A stretch of 64,000 nt of DNA from assembly GCA_050248855.1 (NCBI GenBank), contig JBFWRP010000005.1, forward strand, positions 96,001 to 160,000, read 5' to 3'. Position 1 is the stretch's first letter. Every line of letters starts with the position of its first letter. The DNA is from Planctomycetota bacterium. Its GTDB lineage: Bacteria > Planctomycetota > PLA2 > JAEUHO01. Both the position numbers and the translations under genes were made by a program. This document shows positions 50,218 to 59,011 of the stretch, one piece after another. A model generated the notes under the pieces. It did no database searches and was not told the DNA's origin. It was given only the letters and a program-made list of their open reading frames with translations.

Positions 50218-52668
50218 TCAGGGCCGGCGTAGGAGCTTGCGCCCGTGCGGCGTGACCTCGACGTAGCCCTGGGCCACGAGGCTGGGCTCGACGTGCTCGA
50301 GGACCGTCTTGGCGGGCATGCCCGCCGCCGCGGCGGCACGGCCCAGCGAGATCGCACCAGGCTGAGCTGCCAGGACATCGAGGTAGCGCCGCTGGTCCGG
50401 GCCGTGACCCACCTCGCTGTAGCCAGCACGCGCGAGGGATCGATCCACGGCGGCCGCATCCAGCTGCGTGAGAACGGCGCGCTCGCCCCCCAGCTCCGCC
50501 AGGCGGGTCGCCAGGACGTGGCGCACGAGACGCTTGACCTCGCGCGGCGTACCGCGCCCGGCACGTGCCAAGCGCAAGGCCGCGACATCGTGCAGCGCAA
50601 CACCCCGAGCGGCGGCGACGTCCATGGCGATCGCGGCCAAGTCCTGCACGCCGTACGCACCGAGCCGTTCCTGGATGAGGAAGCGACTCGCCATGGCCGC
50701 CGGCACGAGGGCCTCGTCGGTGGTTGCCGCCACCAGGGTGAACGGGGCGACCTCCATCGTGACCGCCGCGGTCGCCCCATCCCGCCGGATCGTGAGCGGC
50801 AGCTCGCGGTCCGTCATGACTTGGTAGAGCCCCTCCAGCACGCTTCGGGGCACGGCATGGAGCTCGTCAAGGAAGAGCGCGTCGCCGGGCTCCAGCTGGG
50901 CGAGCAGCCCGGGGAGAGCGCTCGAGTCCGCGAGCAAGCCGCCCAGGGCCGTCACGAGCTTGCCGCCGGTGCGCCGAGCGATGCGACGGGCCAGCAGCGT
51001 CTTGCCCGTGCCCGCGGGCCCCATGAGCAGCGTGTGGGGGAACGGCTCCCGCTCGACCTCGGCCCACACGGCGTGCGCCTCGAGCTGCTCGCAGACCCGG
51101 GCGAGCCCATGCAACCCGCCGAACGCCCCCTCCCGGCGGCATGCCGCCGGCGGCAGCTCGTGGCGGCATGCCGCCGCCTGCTCGAGCGGCGGCATGTCGC
51201 CGCCAAGAACCCACTGCCCGCCGCGCTCCACGCGAAGCGCCGACGCGTGGCGCCGCCACCAGTCGCCGTCCACCCGCGGCGGTATGCCGCCGGCGTCAGC
51301 ACCACCCCCAGCGTCAACCGGCGGCATGCCGCCGCCATCAACCGCCGGCGGTGGCTGGAGGTCGAGGACCCGCGCCTCGCCCGCGGCTGCCGCTTGCTGC
51401 CCCTCGGGCCGCGTCGAGCGGAAGGTGACGGTCGGGCCCTCGGTCCCGACGGCCTCGAGCAGACGTGCATGCACGAGCCCGTGGCAACGCAGGCAGAGGG
51501 CTACCAGGTTGGCGGGCACGGTCGGCCCCCCATCCTCGCGGAACACGATGTGATGCGCGTTCAGGTCCGTCCGCGTCCGACAGTTCCTACAGCGGTGGCC
51601 ATCGCGGGCGAGCACCTGGCGTCGCATCCAGGGCGGCGTGGGGCCGTTGGGGAGCGGGGTGTCGCAACCCGGCGCGTCCTCGGACACCACCTGGGCTTCG
51701 CAACGAAGCGCCGCGACGAGCCCCGGGTCGTCGCCCAAGGGCACCAGCCCCTCGGAGGTCTCGACCGAGAGCCCACTGCCCGCGTCCGTGTGCACGTGAA
51801 CGACGAAGCCGGAGCCATCGACGCGCTTGCGCCCCGGGACGGTGCCGTCGGCGTCGGTCGCGAGGACCAGGTCGATCATGGCGGCGAGCGTGCCCTTGCC
51901 GTCCAGGGGGGCACCGATCTCGGCCGACAGCTTGGCGCGCGCCGCCTCCCAACGTGCCCACGTGAGCGGATCCATGTCGACAGCGAGGGGGAAGCGGATC
52001 TCGGGCAGCCCCTTCTGATCGCCGTCCTTGCGTGGCGGATGGCCCTTGCGCGTGGTCTTGGCCTTCATCCGGAGCGCGGCGTACGTGCTGGTCCGCGCCA
52101 GCTCCGGCCACTCCGCCTCGCACGTGGGGGTAGCGACCTTGACGAGGTGGAGCACCTGGGTCCATGTGAGCTCGCCCTTGCACAGCGCGGCATCGATATC
52201 GGGCAGGGTCTCGAGCGCGAGCGCCGCTGCCAGCAGCTCACGAACACGACGATCTTCCAGGTGCAGCTTCTCCAACGCGTAGTGGAACGTGCTGGCGCAG
52301 CCGAACGCCTGGTAGGCGCGCGATCGCTGCATCTCCAGCAGGTAGAACGCCAAGATGCGATTGCTGGCGGTGCGCATCCACAGCGCACGTCGCATGGAGT
52401 CGTGCATCTCCTGCGGCGACACACCGCGCCGCAGCTCGATGCGCGGGACGCTATCCGCCGCCACCGCATGCGGCGGGGACCCCGCAGCCGGCGGCGGCGC
52501 GACCCGCTCCTCGTGCGCCGCCCGCTCGCACACGAGCGAGGCCCCCCACCCAGCGGCCCAGCCGCGGGCGGACACCCCCACCCCGCACCCTGGAAGGTCG
52601 CGGCCACGCATGCCGGGAGCCCGGAAAGAAGGGCTCAGAGGGCGGACTGAAAGCTGACGCGCGACCAT
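50218..52668 (-). CDS. HNH endonuclease-RuvB-like AAA+ ATPase fusion with a DUF222-like N-terminal region
   Basis: HNH: RRQVLARDGHRCRNC..AHHI..GG..NLVALCLRCHGLVH. RuvB: GPAGTGKT, LFLDELH, FTLVAATT, SRF, RGTPR, EPSL..G..TPHGR. GGAGG RBS before the ATG at 52668. Confidence 0.88.
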   Translation of the reverse strand: MVARQLSVRPLSPSFRAPGMRGRDLPGCGVGVSARGWAAGWGASLVCERAAHEERVAPPPAAGSPPHAVAADSVPRIELRRGVSPQEMHDSMRRALWMRTASNRILAFYLLEMQRSRAYQAFGCASTFHYALEKLHLEDRRVRELLAAALALETLPDIDAALCKGELTWTQVLHLVKVATPTCEAEWPELARTSTYAALRMKAKTTRKGHPPRKDGDQKGLPEIRFPLAVDMDPLTWARWEAARAKLSAEIGAPLDGKGTLAAMIDLVLATDADGTVPGRKRVDGSGFVVHVHTDAGSGLSVETSEGLVPLGDDPGLVAALRCEAQVVSEDAPGCDTPLPNGPTPPWMRRQVLARDGHRCRNCRTRTDLNAHHIVFREDGGPTVPANLVALCLRCHGLVHARLLEAVGTEGPTVTFRSTRPEGQQAAAAGEARVLDLQPPPAVDGGGMPPVDAGGGADAGGIPPRVDGDWWRRHASALRVERGGQWVLGGDMPPLEQAAACRHELPPAACRREGAFGGLHGLARVCEQLEAHAVWAEVEREPFPHTLLMGPAGTGKTLLARRIARRTGGKLVTALGGLLADSSALPGLLAQLEPGDALFLDELHAVPRSVLEGLYQVMTDRELPLTIRRDGATAAVTMEVAPFTLVAATTDEALVPAAMASRFLIQERLGAYGVQDLAAIAMDVAAARGVALHDVAALRLARAGRGTPREVKRLVRHVLATRLAELGGERAVLTQLDAAAVDRSLARAGYSEVGHGPDQRRYLDVLAAQPGAISLGRAAAAAGMPAKTVLEHVEPSLVAQGYVEVTPHGRKLLRRP
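51135..51333. repeat. Five copies of the 14-bp palindrome GGCGGCATGCCGCC inside the HNH-RuvB linker
   Basis: Copies at 51135, 51162, 51188 (1 mismatch), 51278 (1 mismatch) and 51320. Confidence 0.85.
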
Positions 52669-52816
52669 GGCCTGCCTCCGCAGATGACACGAACGAATAC
52701 CTTACATACTACGCAAGGGGGGGACAGTCGGTCACGCGCTGACCTGACGCCGGCGTGACGCGGTCACGATTGCGGCGTGACGTGCCCCGGCGAGGTTGGC
52801 GCGTGGAGGAATGCAC

Positions 52817-54484
52817 ATGCGGCGCGCCGTGGCTCTGGTGATCGCGACAGGACTGTCGCTCGCGCTGTCATCCGTCCCCTTGCACGCGGACGAAGAGGTC
52901 GTGCTTTCCGGCACGGTGCGCAACGGCAGCGCGCCCGTCAGGACGCGAGTGCGCGTGTACCGCCTGCGATCGGCGCTCGAGGGTCTGTGGCCGGCCAGCC
53001 CAGACTCAACCACGCCAGCCGAGTTCCCCGAGCTCTGGTTCTCTGGTGTGTTCGAGCTGTTCTATCCGGCGGACCGGACCCGCAACGAGGTCGCCGTCAC
53101 CGAATCGGACGGCAGCGGCGCGTTCGAGGTCAGGGGCGTCGCTCCTGGACACTTCGAGTGCGAGGCCCAGACACCCGATGGTGGAGTTGCGATCTCGGAG
53201 GCGATTCAGCAAGAAGCGGGTGTCCACACGGTCGAGTTGGATCTGGCGACAGACGTTTGGCCGGTCGTCCGCGGCCAGGTGCTCGAGCACGATGGACGGC
53301 CGTTCAAGGGCCAGGTGCTCGCGTGGCATTCCGGCTTGCCGCCCGTGACGAAGGGCGTCTCCGTGCCCACCGACGCCGCAGGGCGCTTCGAGATCCGCGT
53401 GCCCAAGCGCACGCCCCTCGGCGTCGCGGGCCTGGCCGCGATCGAGCAAGGACACCGCGTCATTCGCTGGAAGCTGACACCTGACCGAACGGCCGGTGTG
53501 ACCTACGTCGGCGGAGGCCACGGTCGACTTCCCGTGGTCGTTCGCGCGGCAGGCACGGGCGCGCCCATCCCGGGAGCTCGAGTTCTTCGCGCCACGCGCC
53601 TGACCCTCCCCGGCGAGCGCGAGCGAGAGGTGTTCGAGCTGGCCACGACCGATGCAGATGGGCACGCCTGGATGGGTCGACCTCCTCCGACGGGAACGAC
53701 GAGCTATGCCGTCATTCAGGCACCTGGCTTCCAGCGCACCATAGATGCCGTGGAAGCCACCGAGGATCGCGTCGAGTTCACACTCGCATCGAGCGTGCGT
53801 GTCACAGGACGGCTTGACGGGCATGTGCCCCATGACGCGTCAGATTGGCTCGCAACGCTCTGGTTCTGGCCATCGACTTGGTACATCCCCATCTGGCGCA
53901 CGGCACCTGTGCGGCAGGACGGCACCTTCGATCTGGGTGACGTACCGGGAGCCCCGAATCACGCAATCGTTGGCGTGCGCGGTCCGGGCTTCGTGGGCGT
54001 TCAATGCCTGGATGCTCGTCTGGATGCGCTGGTGCGACTACCCGCGTGGCTGGTCTCACCGATTTGGCAAGCTCCCCTGGAGGCATCGGAATGGCCGAGG
54101 TGCCCCGAGTATGAGCGCGAGGCGCATCGGGAACTCGTGGTCCCGATCGAGCCGACGACGAGGCTGCGAGTAGCCGTTCGCGACGCAAGCGGAACTCCGC
54201 TCGTAGGTGCTCGCCTCCGGCTCGAATGCAGGGCGAGGCGCGACGAGCGTCCCCTGGCCGCGACTGCATCTTGGTTCTCGAAGCGTGGGCCCGGCGACAG
54301 CCAGGATCGTCTAGTGCCTGCAAGAACCGGAGGGATCGCCGAGTTCGGCGAGCTCATCGTTGGCGAGTTCGTGACGGTTTCCGTCGAGTGGGACGACCAC
54401 CAACTCGTAGAGCTGGGAGAAGTCAGAATCCGATCCGGTGGAGTTCACACGGTCCAGTTCACGCTCCCCTACTCCAAGGACTGA
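52817..54484 (+). CDS. Exported protein with carboxypeptidase-regulatory-like (transthyretin-fold) repeats; atypical composition
   Basis: Signal peptide; LSGTV, VRGQV, TDAAGRF and TTDADG beta-repeat motifs; visibly more A/T-ending codons than the flanks. Confidence 0.75.
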   Translation: MRRAVALVIATGLSLALSSVPLHADEEVVLSGTVRNGSAPVRTRVRVYRLRSALEGLWPASPDSTTPAEFPELWFSGVFELFYPADRTRNEVAVTESDGSGAFEVRGVAPGHFECEAQTPDGGVAISEAIQQEAGVHTVELDLATDVWPVVRGQVLEHDGRPFKGQVLAWHSGLPPVTKGVSVPTDAAGRFEIRVPKRTPLGVAGLAAIEQGHRVIRWKLTPDRTAGVTYVGGGHGRLPVVVRAAGTGAPIPGARVLRATRLTLPGEREREVFELATTDADGHAWMGRPPPTGTTSYAVIQAPGFQRTIDAVEATEDRVEFTLASSVRVTGRLDGHVPHDASDWLATLWFWPSTWYIPIWRTAPVRQDGTFDLGDVPGAPNHAIVGVRGPGFVGVQCLDARLDALVRLPAWLVSPIWQAPLEASEWPRCPEYEREAHRELVVPIEPTTRLRVAVRDASGTPLVGARLRLECRARRDERPLAATASWFSKRGPGDSQDRLVPARTGGIAEFGELIVGEFVTVSVEWDDHQLVELGEVRIRSGGVHTVQFTLPYSKD

Positions 54485-54516
54485 TCGCACGTTCCCAGAC
54501 GCCCAGCTCGACAGCG

Positions 54517-55581
54517 CTACACCCGCTCCAGCAGGCGCCGCGCGGCGTTGAGGGCCCAGCGGGGGGCGGCGGCGGAAGCGGCGGCGAGCGCTCGCCGCAG
54601 GTCGTCGGGCGAGGCGCCGAGGCGCCGGGCGGCGCGGAGGTGGCCGAGGAGTGGGGCCTCGAGGCCCCCCATCGCCGTGAGGAGCGAACAGGCGAGCAGC
54701 TCGCGCTGGAGAAGCGTGAGCACGTCGTCGCGGCAGAGGACGCGCCCGTAGGCGAAGGAGCGGATCCACCTGGCCAGCGTGGGGTGCAGCGCGTCGAGTC
54801 CTTCGTGGATGCGCGCGGCCGTGTCGCCGTAGACGTCGGCGAAGCACTGCGTGCCCTGCCGGGTGGCGACCTCGGGCGTCGGCGCCTCGGCTTCCCCCAC
54901 CGCGCGCGGGGTGTCCAGATGGGGCGCGGCGGCTTGGAACGCGGCGATCGTGCGCGGGAAGCCCGCGTAGGGGGCCAGCTGCAGCAGCGACTCTTCGACC
55001 TGGGCACTCGAGGCACCGGCGCGGCGCGCGCTCGCCGCGGCGCCTTCGACCAGCTCGGCGCGTCCTGCTGCGCCCGCGGCACAGAGCGCGAGCAGGTGGT
55101 CGAAGGGAGCGCCCGCTTCGAACGGCGGCAGGCGATCCGTCCATGCGACCGACACGTGCACGCGCGCGGGGTCCGCGACCCACGCGAGGAGGCCGCGGTG
55201 GTAGGGCGCCGTCATGCGCTGGGGCAGCTCGGCAAGCGGCACCCACGCGTGCTCGTGGCTGCCGCCTCCGGCATCACCGAGCAAGCGCACGCGGAAGACG
55301 AAGGTCCGCCAGCTGCTCCGACGCGGACCACCGGCCCCATCGCGAACCGTGCCGTCCTCGGCGTAGAGGAGATCGTCGATCTCGATGGCGCCGCCCCCGA
55401 CCTCTTCGCTCCACTCGCGAGCGAGCGTCTGGGGCAACGTCTCGTCGGGCTCGACGCGCCCGCCGGGGAGGTCCCACGTGGGAGAATCGCGGCCCTCCAC
55501 GTAGCGGCGGTTGTGCACGAGCAAGACCTGACCGTCCCGCTCGCACCAGCCGCACACCGAGTCGTGGTGGTCGATCGTCAC
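54517..55581 (-). CDS. Nudix hydrolase-carboxymuconolactone decarboxylase/AhpD-like fusion
   Basis: Nudix box PGGRVEPDETLPQTLAREWSEEVG; CMD motifs QLAPYAGFPR, AYGRVL.R..L..RELL and HLRAARRLG. Confidence 0.82.
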   Translation of the reverse strand: MTIDHHDSVCGWCERDGQVLLVHNRRYVEGRDSPTWDLPGGRVEPDETLPQTLAREWSEEVGGGAIEIDDLLYAEDGTVRDGAGGPRRSSWRTFVFRVRLLGDAGGGSHEHAWVPLAELPQRMTAPYHRGLLAWVADPARVHVSVAWTDRLPPFEAGAPFDHLLALCAAGAAGRAELVEGAAASARRAGASSAQVEESLLQLAPYAGFPRTIAAFQAAAPHLDTPRAVGEAEAPTPEVATRQGTQCFADVYGDTAARIHEGLDALHPTLARWIRSFAYGRVLCRDDVLTLLQRELLACSLLTAMGGLEAPLLGHLRAARRLGASPDDLRRALAAASAAAPRWALNAARRLLERV

Positions 55582-56240
55582 GGCTGGAGTCGCGCGACCG
55601 ACCACGAGCCGTCGCCCGCACGCCGATAGAGCAAGCGATCGTGCAAGCGATCGGGACGGCCCTGCCAGAGCTCGATCGTGTGCGGCACGAGGCGAAAGCC
55701 CCCCCACCGCGCAGGCCGCGCGATGGCCTTGCCTTCGAACGCCTCCTCCAGCGTGCGGCGCCGTGCCTCGAGCGCCTCCCGGCTCTCGATGGGCCGGCTC
55801 TGGTGCGAGGCCGCCGCGGACAGCTGGCTGCCGCGCGGTCGCGCACCGTGGTACGCGTCGCTCAGGGCGTCATCGACGGGCAAGGCCTGGCCCTCGAAGC
55901 GGATCTGGCGCACCAACGCGGGCCACCAGATGGTGAGCGCGGCGTGCTCGTTGCGCATCAGCTCGTCGCCCTTGCGGCTCTCGCGATCCGTGTAGAAGAT
56001 GAGCCCCTCGGGCTCGAACCCCCGCACGAGCACGATGCGCACGGAGGGCCGCCCATCGGGCGTGCTCGTGGCCAGCGCCGCCTCGCTGCCGTGCACGTCG
56101 TCGCGCGGATGCTCGGCGTACCAAGCGAGCGCCTCGCGGTACCAAGCACCTGCGGCCTCCATGGCGTCGGACGGCAGGTCGCCCGCCTCGAGCGGACGGC
56201 CGTCGTAGTCGCTTCGCGGCCAAGTCGGCGACGTGCTCAC
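55578..56240 (-). CDS. pdxH: Pyridoxamine 5'-phosphate oxidase
   Basis: LATST..GRPSVRIVL, FYTDRESRKG, RQIRFEG and ELWQGRPDRLHDR motifs. Confidence 0.93.
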   Translation of the reverse strand: MSTSPTWPRSDYDGRPLEAGDLPSDAMEAAGAWYREALAWYAEHPRDDVHGSEAALATSTPDGRPSVRIVLVRGFEPEGLIFYTDRESRKGDELMRNEHAALTIWWPALVRQIRFEGQALPVDDALSDAYHGARPRGSQLSAAASHQSRPIESREALEARRRTLEEAFEGKAIARPARWGGFRLVPHTIELWQGRPDRLHDRLLYRRAGDGSWSVARLQP

Positions 56241-57514
56241 GTGAGGGTCTCCGGTGCGCTGCGCACGCGGTCCAGGTCGCGCGCCAGCAGCAGGTACCCG
56301 ACGATACCGGAGGCGGTCGCCAGCACCCCCGTCACGGCGAACAGCGGGCGCACTCCTGCGGCCTCGGCCAGCGCGCCGGCTCCGAGGCACGAGAGCGCCG
56401 TCATGCCCATGACGGTCACGTGGACGAGGGCGAACACTTTGCCGCGGCGGCCGTCGGGGACGTGGGCCTGCAAGAGCGTCGTACGGGCCACGACGATGGC
56501 CGGGATGAACAAGCCGTGGAGCAGGATCATTGCGACCAAGGCGCCGTAGTGGTCGAGCCACACGAACGGCAGGTACGTGATCCCGTCCAACATCAGGGCC
56601 ACCATGAGAACGCGGCCCAGCGGCAGGTTCTTGCCGAAGCGCGCCAGCAAGAGCCCGCCCAGCAGCATGCCCAGCGCCATCGCCGCCTCGAACCACACCA
56701 AGTGCTGCGGGCCCAGTCCCAGCTCGTCCTTGAGCAACAACACGGGGCCCACGTAGGCCGGCCCCATCAGCGCGAGGTTGTTGGCGGCCGTCAGCAGGAG
56801 CAGCCCCAGGATCAGCTTGTCGCGGCGCGCCTCGCGCCAACCGCTCTTGACGTCGGCCCAGAGTGACGTCGCGTGGCGCTGCACGCGTTGGTGGCGCGGC
56901 AGGACGAGGGCGAACAGCGCCGCGGCCGAGACGAGGAACGTCAGGCCATCGGCCGCGATCACGGCCAAGACGCGATCGACCGAGTCGCTGCCACCGAGGC
57001 CGCTGGCCAACAGCATGCCGCCCAGCAGGAGGCCGCCCAGCGCGGCCGTCGTCGCCGAGGTCTGGAACGCCGCGTTCCAGCGCGCGAGGCTGCGCGGCCC
57101 CACGATGGTCGGCAACAAGGCGTCGCGCGCCGGCACGAACGGCGTCGAGAACGCACCCAGCAGGAACGCGACGGCGAGCAGGGTTGCGAGCGTCAGCGGG
57201 AGTCCCGCGTGCACGGCGAGCACGAAGCCGAACAGGAGGCCCGCCCGGGCCAGGTCGCTGGCGATCAGGATCCGCCGCCGATCCCCGCGGTCGGCCCAGG
57301 CTCCGGCCAGCGGCGCGAACAGCAGCACGGGCAGGGCCGTCGCCGCCATGGCCAAACCCACCGTGAACTTCTGGCCCGTGACCTCGGCGGCCAGCCATCC
57401 GATGCACGGGACGAACAGCGCGTCGCCGGTGGCCGAGACGAGCTGGCCCCACCACAACAACAGCACGTTGCGTCGAAACGGGTCGCGGGGGACCGCGGTC
57501 GCCGGCGTGTTCAC
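56237..57514 (-). CDS. MFS transporter (DHA3/MFS_3-like)
   Basis: GQLVSATGD, AGAWADRGDRRRILIASD and LQAHVP..RRGKV motifs; about 12 TM helices. Confidence 0.9.
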   Translation of the reverse strand: MNTPATAVPRDPFRRNVLLLWWGQLVSATGDALFVPCIGWLAAEVTGQKFTVGLAMAATALPVLLFAPLAGAWADRGDRRRILIASDLARAGLLFGFVLAVHAGLPLTLATLLAVAFLLGAFSTPFVPARDALLPTIVGPRSLARWNAAFQTSATTAALGGLLLGGMLLASGLGGSDSVDRVLAVIAADGLTFLVSAAALFALVLPRHQRVQRHATSLWADVKSGWREARRDKLILGLLLLTAANNLALMGPAYVGPVLLLKDELGLGPQHLVWFEAAMALGMLLGGLLLARFGKNLPLGRVLMVALMLDGITYLPFVWLDHYGALVAMILLHGLFIPAIVVARTTLLQAHVPDGRRGKVFALVHVTVMGMTALSCLGAGALAEAAGVRPLFAVTGVLATASGIVGYLLLARDLDRVRSAPETLT

Positions 57515-58899
57515 CGGTCGGACACCGCCATCCACGGCGGCAGGTCCAGGACCACGGGCGGTGGCGGCGACTGGGCCCCCGGCCCGCTCCCGGGCGCAAG
57601 CTCGCCGGCGGCGCGCGCGATCCAGTACGCGAACAGCCAGTCGGCACGCGTGTACGTCTTGATGGGATCGAGGGCGGCCCCCGGGGGAGGCACGCGGGCC
57701 GCGTCCACGTGGATCTTCCATGCCCAGTCCACGATGCCGCGCTCGCGGATGTCCACGATGCGGCCCGTGCGCACCATGCGCGTGCCGGCGAAGGGGATCT
57801 CCTGCTCCGACATGATGTGGAGCGTGGCGCGGATCTCGTCGACGAGCGCGCGCCGGTCGAGCTTGGAGTCGGCCAGCAGCTGGCAGGCGCACGTGCCCGC
57901 GTTCCACCAGCCGCGCGTGGCAGCGTACAGCGACCGCAGACCGCGCCGCGCGTTGTCCCGCGCGAGGGGGTCGCCCCAGAGGGCGATGGGCGTGAGCCCC
58001 AGCGTGACCATGTTGACGTTGGTCATCGTGATCTGCTGACCGAGCCAGGTGTGCTGCTCGGGCAGGGCGTTGCGCCAGCCGTCGCGGTCCATGCGGTCCT
58101 TGCGCTTGCGGTACCACGGCTCGCCCGCACGGCTACCCAGCACGAGGAACGGCGCGTAGCCGATGGCGGCGAGCGGACCGTTCTTGATCATGGGCAGGTG
58201 CTCGACGGTCGGCCGCAGCTCCCCGAACTCGGTCTTGCCCCCGCGGCTGTTGCGCAGCCACATGTTGTCGCTGGCCAAGCGCTTGGCGATGACGCCCAAC
58301 GTGGTCTCGGCGCGCGCGACGAGGGCCGGGTCGTCTACGTACATCAGGACGAGCGCGAGGCCGAACACCACGCCGACCAGCTGGTCGCGACTGACGTCGT
58401 CCTGGAACACGTAGCCGGGCATCGACGGGCTGTCGACGACGTTGCGCGGCCGCACGCGTCCGTCGGCCAAGCGCCCGGCCGAGCGACACAGTCGCCCCGG
58501 CGTGCCGGTCACGTGGGCCAGGAAGGAGAGGCCCCGGAGCAGGTGGTCCACCTGGGCCAGGGCATCGGGGTCCCGCGTGACGGACCAGCGGCACGCCTGC
58601 GCACCCAGGTAGCAGCCCGTCCAGATCGCCGCATCCGATACGGAAAGCACCTCGTAGGACAGGCCGTCGGGCCCCGCCCCTTGGCCGTGCTCGTACACCA
58701 GCAGGCCCTCGGGGGAGAGGTGGTGCCACATGCGCGCCTGGATGCGCTGGGCCTTGTCCCAGAGCATGGCGTCCGTGTTGCTCGGCTTGGGGCGGATGGG
58801 CCGGCCGGGCCCCGGGCCCGATTCGGCGGGGGCCGCGACCACGAGGGTGCCGAGGAGGGCGGTTACGAGCAACCAGGCAAGGGGCGTGGCGGAGCGCAT
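57511..58899 (-). CDS. Exported hypothetical protein, possibly an (alpha/alpha)-barrel glycosidase-like fold
   Basis: Signal peptide; SDAAIWTGCYL and DVSRDQLVG helical motifs; first gene of a GTGA-coupled operon. Confidence 0.7.
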   Translation of the reverse strand: MRSATPLAWLLVTALLGTLVVAAPAESGPGPGRPIRPKPSNTDAMLWDKAQRIQARMWHHLSPEGLLVYEHGQGAGPDGLSYEVLSVSDAAIWTGCYLGAQACRWSVTRDPDALAQVDHLLRGLSFLAHVTGTPGRLCRSAGRLADGRVRPRNVVDSPSMPGYVFQDDVSRDQLVGVVFGLALVLMYVDDPALVARAETTLGVIAKRLASDNMWLRNSRGGKTEFGELRPTVEHLPMIKNGPLAAIGYAPFLVLGSRAGEPWYRKRKDRMDRDGWRNALPEQHTWLGQQITMTNVNMVTLGLTPIALWGDPLARDNARRGLRSLYAATRGWWNAGTCACQLLADSKLDRRALVDEIRATLHIMSEQEIPFAGTRMVRTGRIVDIRERGIVDWAWKIHVDAARVPPPGAALDPIKTYTRADWLFAYWIARAAGELAPGSGPGAQSPPPPVVLDLPPWMAVSDR

Positions 58900-59011
58900 G
58901 GCAAGCCGCCCACCCTACGCGGAGCCCCCCGCGCGCGAGCAGTCCGCGGGAAGCCCGCCGGGCGCAGCCTCGTCCCGGGGATAGGCTGGTGCGTCCTTCG
59001 GAGGAAGTGCG

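Noticed and set aside
50218..51125. The housekeeping ruvB gene
   Set aside because: It is in frame with the HNH domain, diverged from the canonical motifs, and lacks ruvA/ruvC neighbours; the symbol is withheld.
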